Made by a program: the position numbers and the translations under genes. The notes beneath the pieces were generated by a model. The model was not told the DNA's origin, did no database searches, and worked only from the letters and a program-made list of their open reading frames with translations. Of a stretch of 32,000 nucleotides of DNA, positions 28,720-32,000 are shown piece by piece. Each line of letters opens with the position of its first letter. The stretch's first letter is position 1. Origin of the DNA: Trichodesmium erythraeum IMS101 (GTDB lineage Bacteria; Cyanobacteriota; Cyanobacteriia; Cyanobacteriales; Microcoleaceae); NCBI RefSeq assembly GCF_000014265.1, contig NC_008312.1, positions 1,380,001 through 1,412,000 on the forward strand, given 5' to 3'.

Positions 28720-29260
28720 GTTATGTATAAAAAAATTTTAGTTTGATTTCAAACAGTTTTTAAAATTAAATTGAAATATTTTTTTTGTAGTATATACCAA
28801 AAACTTCATGATTTTGATACCGTAAATAGCAGTGTTATAAATATATTTTTTTTGAAGATCACTTTTATTAACTATTTAAGATAATTAATTATCGTAAAGT
28901 ATTCAAAAAAAGATAAATCTGGACTGTATTAATCATTAAAAATCATACTTTATTTGAGGGTTATTTTTTACTCTTCTATTTTTTCTTGGCTCCTTGACAC
29001 TTGACACCTAATACAAACAAATTTGATTAAAAGGAGAAGTCTAAAATTTTCTCGCTTAATGAGCTTCGATATAATTAGATTAAGCTATCAATGCTCTATC
29101 ATTTTTATCATTTGCAAATTTATTTTTTTCCCTATTATCTTTATTATCTTTATCACAATCTTTTTTTTTAATATCACTAGATAAATTTGATTAGATGTAT
29201 TTAACAGGGCATGATATTATAAAATATATAAAGTAGTTTTTTACGAAAAGCCAGATAACA

Positions 29261-30328
29261 ATGCAAATAGTTAATTCTCAAATATCTATAGAAAAAACTA
29301 GCCACTCTCGGATTAAAGAACAGGATATTAATAATACTCCCTTTGGTAAAGTATTTAGCGATCATATGTTGGTTGCTACCTATGCAAATAATAGTTGGCA
29401 AGAGGTAAAAATTACTCCCTATGGTAATATTTCTATTCGTCCTTCTCTCTCTGTACTTCATTATGGTCAGGCAGTTTTTGAAGGTTTAAAAGCTTATAAA
29501 AATTATCAGGGAAAACCTGTATTATTTCGGTTAGAAGCTAATTATAAAAGAATAAATAATTCAGCTTTTAGATTATGTATGCCATCCATTCCTAAAGAAA
29601 TTTTTATAGATGGTTTAAAGGAATTAATTAGACTAGATACTGATTGGATTCCTACTAAATCAGATAGCGCATTATATATTCGACCTATTTATTTCGCTAC
29701 AGATGAATCTGTCGGTCTCAAGCCTGCAAATAGTTATAAGTTTATTATTTTGTCTTCCCCTACAGGTACATTTTATTCGGCACCAGTTAAGTTAATTGTT
29801 ACAGATAAATATGTCCGAGCTTCTGAAGGTGGAACTGGTGCAGCTAAATGTGCTGGGAATTATGCTGGTAGTTTTTTAGCAGATAAAGAAGCTAAAGAAC
29901 AAGGTTATGATAATGTTTTATGGTTGGATGGAAAGGAAAAAAAATATATTGAAGAATGTGGTACGATGAATGTTGCTTTTGTAATTAATGATGTTTTGAT
30001 TACTCCTAAGTTGACAGGAAGTATATTAGGGGGAATTACTCGAGATAGTGCATTAACTTTATTTAGAGATATGGGTGTTAAAGTTGAGGAAAGATTAATC
30101 TCTATTGATGAGGTTGCAAAGGCTTATGAAGCAGGAAATATTTCTGAGGCTTTTGGTATGGGTACTGCTGCTACAATTGCTCATATTTCTGTTATTAACT
30201 ATCAAGGTAAAGATATGATTTTACCTCCTGTTGATGAACGAAAATATGCTTCTCAAGTTTTGCAAAAATTAGAAGATATTAAAACTGGTAAAGTCACTGA
30301 CCCCTATGGTTGGATTTGTCAACTTTAA
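29261..30328 (+). CDS. ilvE: Branched-chain amino acid aminotransferase (class IV)
   Basis: 355 aa with FGKVFSDHM, YGQAVFEGLKAY, YIRP, AAKCAGNYA, EECGTMNV and GGITR blocks typical of IlvE. Confidence 0.92.
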   Translation: MQIVNSQISIEKTSHSRIKEQDINNTPFGKVFSDHMLVATYANNSWQEVKITPYGNISIRPSLSVLHYGQAVFEGLKAYKNYQGKPVLFRLEANYKRINNSAFRLCMPSIPKEIFIDGLKELIRLDTDWIPTKSDSALYIRPIYFATDESVGLKPANSYKFIILSSPTGTFYSAPVKLIVTDKYVRASEGGTGAAKCAGNYAGSFLADKEAKEQGYDNVLWLDGKEKKYIEECGTMNVAFVINDVLITPKLTGSILGGITRDSALTLFRDMGVKVEERLISIDEVAKAYEAGNISEAFGMGTAATIAHISVINYQGKDMILPPVDERKYASQVLQKLEDIKTGKVTDPYGWICQL

Positions 30329-30570
30329 ATACTTGAATATTATATTAGTCTTGGGATGATATAGCTGAATTTAGAATTCATAATTTAGAAGCTATAAGCC
30401 AAAATTAAAGAACATAAATTACTCAATAAAAATAATTTTTATAGAATATAAATATAGCAATTATCGGCTGTAATTTTGTCTAAAATATTGCTGTTTTTTG
30501 GTAGCCTAGACTAGGAAATTACTAATATTTTTGAAGTTTATTTCTAGTTATTAAGTTGTTTAAAAAAATG

Positions 30571-30601
30571 TTTTTATATAATTTTTATATAATTTTTATA
30601 T
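30571..30601. repeat. Tandem repeat, about 2.8 x 11-mer TTTTTATATAA
   Basis: tttttatataa tttttatataa tttttatat, read directly, about 300 bp upstream of the CDS at 30906. Confidence 0.9.
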
Positions 30602-30905
30602 GGCTAAAATTTATCCTAATTTAGGATGAGATAAAATATTAAAAGTATGACTAGGTATTTTTGATAGTTTAACAGGAGAGTTGAAAATTTGTTGAGAAAT
30701 GACAACAAACATTAGGATGAGAAGGGGGATTGAGCCTTGACTTCTAAAAATATGACAACTTAACTAACTGATTCCTAACTACTACCAAAATATTACATTA
30801 CAAATTTTGTGAGTCTAATAAACTACATAGCCAGGCTTAATAATTAATAGTGTTAGGGTGTAACTTGAAAATTAAACTAAGTCAAAAAAACCTAATTTAA
30901 AATCA

Positions 30906-31763
30906 ATGATAAAACAAGGTAGTTTCAAATCAATACTATCTATCTTTAAAGCTCCTGCCGGATTAATAGCTGGTTCAACCTATCATTTTCGTGCTTTAAT
31001 AATATTTGTAAAAAATCCTAGATTAATCAATTACATAATTGCTCCGATTTTTATTAATATTGTTGTCGGTATTTTTCTGTATATTAGTCTGCTATTACCT
31101 GGAATAAGTTTAATTAATACTATCTTTAATAATTTATCTTTGCAGTTTGATAGCCTGATTTATCAATTACCAACTTGGTTAAAATTCTTGAGTTATTTGG
31201 ATAATGCTTTAGGTTTGCTCTTTAAGCTCATTCTATTTACAATATTTTTGCTAATTATTGGATTTTTGTTAGTACAATTTGGAGTTATTCTTGGTTCTCC
31301 TTTTTATGGTCAACTTTCTGAACAATTAGAAAAAACTCGAACTGGTACATTACCTGAAGCTTCTTCTGGTTTACTATCTATTATTAGGGATATTTACCGA
31401 GCTATACTTTTTGAGCTCAAAAAAGTGGCATTATTATTAGCAATAGGCTTGCCGATGTTGTTGCTCAATTTTTTTCCTGGAGGCTCTTTAATAGCAACTA
31501 TTGGCGGCATCGCTTTAACAACTTCTATTGTTTGTCTTGACTTTTTTGATGGACCTTTGGAGAGAAGAAAATTAAAATTTCGAGAGAAGTTAAAAGTTGT
31601 ATATCGTAGCTTACCAGCAAGTGCCACTTTTGGGTTAATTTGTCAAGTTTTAATTACTATTCCTATAGTTAATTTTTTGGCTATTCCTATATGTGTAGTG
31701 GCAGGGACTTTATTTTGTTGCGATCGCGTACTACCAAAGTTATTACCAAATAACCAAACTTAA
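30906..31763 (+). CDS. EI24/CysZ-like (PF07264-type) multi-pass membrane protein
   Basis: 285 aa with at least 5 hydrophobic helices and the central loop SEQLEKTRTG. The overall layout resembles CysZ/EI24-domain proteins. The family assignment rests on my recollection of that layout, not on a search. Confidence 0.6.
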   Translation: MIKQGSFKSILSIFKAPAGLIAGSTYHFRALIIFVKNPRLINYIIAPIFINIVVGIFLYISLLLPGISLINTIFNNLSLQFDSLIYQLPTWLKFLSYLDNALGLLFKLILFTIFLLIIGFLLVQFGVILGSPFYGQLSEQLEKTRTGTLPEASSGLLSIIRDIYRAILFELKKVALLLAIGLPMLLLNFFPGGSLIATIGGIALTTSIVCLDFFDGPLERRKLKFREKLKVVYRSLPASATFGLICQVLITIPIVNFLAIPICVVAGTLFCCDRVLPKLLPNNQT

Positions 31764-32000
31764 AGAGGGTTTTTAGGTACTATACATTAAATATTAGGGC
31801 TTTGATGGCTGATTACAGTAGCAGCCTTTAGGAGAGAGCATGGGTAAGAAAAATGTCAACCTACTATTGAGGTTCGGCTCGGTAGAAATCTCCGCACCTT
31901 TACTTTGGGAAGAATATCAAGTTTTTCATTTACAATACCCTCTTATGAGATTTATTGAAAAACCTCTCTCTCAAAGTGGGAAAACATAAAACATAAAGTA

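Noticed and set aside
31849-31998. 49-codon ORF MGKKNVNLLLRFGSVEISAPLLWEEYQVFHLQYPLMRFIEKPLSQSGKT at the window edge
   Set aside because: It is below any reliable size, I recognise no motif, and it sits at the end of the window. It could be a gene fragment, but I cannot support it.

Overview
This window reads as chromosomal DNA from an AT-rich filamentous (Nostocales-type) cyanobacterium. Three things support that. I count at least 13 perfect HIP1 octamers (GCGATCGC). A 31-unit heptamer array resembling the STRR repeats of heterocystous cyanobacteria lies at 19161-19377. The window also contains a clear chlorophyll synthase gene (chlG).

I can support 16 intact CDS, covering about 17.4 kb or roughly 54% of the window:
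- GT39/PMT-type glycosyltransferase
- trmB
- ArsA/Get3-like ATPase
- chlG
- class A penicillin-binding protein
- geranylgeranyl-reductase-family flavoprotein
- HAE1-type RND efflux permease
- SNase-like nuclease with SHOCT-like C-terminal repeats
- argG
- GT2 glycosyltransferase
- small hypothetical protein
- speE
- Pmp3/YqaE proteolipid
- TM2-domain protein
- ilvE
- EI24/CysZ-like membrane protein

I found no rRNA gene, tRNA gene or CRISPR array.

The rest of the window is AT-rich and largely made of decayed genes:
- a 211-bp diverged fragment of the ArsA-like gene
- a 3'-truncated IS605-family tnpB relic
- an SpvB/Tc-toxin-like relic
- an ABC-ATPase relic
- a SAM-methyltransferase relic with six in-frame stops and no frameshift

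This pattern suggests a genome undergoing reductive evolution, possibly a symbiont such as Richelia or 'Nostoc azollae'. That assignment is an inference, not a database result.

I do not see a convincing multi-gene defence or other novel system. The observations most worth follow-up are:
1. A recurring palindrome, ATAAACC-N-GGTTTAT, embedded in a 21-bp perfect inverted repeat that brackets chlG plus the ABC relic, and lying 70-80 bp upstream of the chlG and PBP start codons.
2. The heptamer array, which ends 4 nt from the start codon of an RND pump that has no adjacent adaptor gene.
3. The stand-alone SNase-SHOCT nuclease in an AT-rich gap.
4. The pseudogene inactivated by nonsense codons only.
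5. A GC-rich, structure-prone island at about 260-600 that I could not assign to a known RNA family.

All coordinates and alignments were made by eye and should be recomputed.
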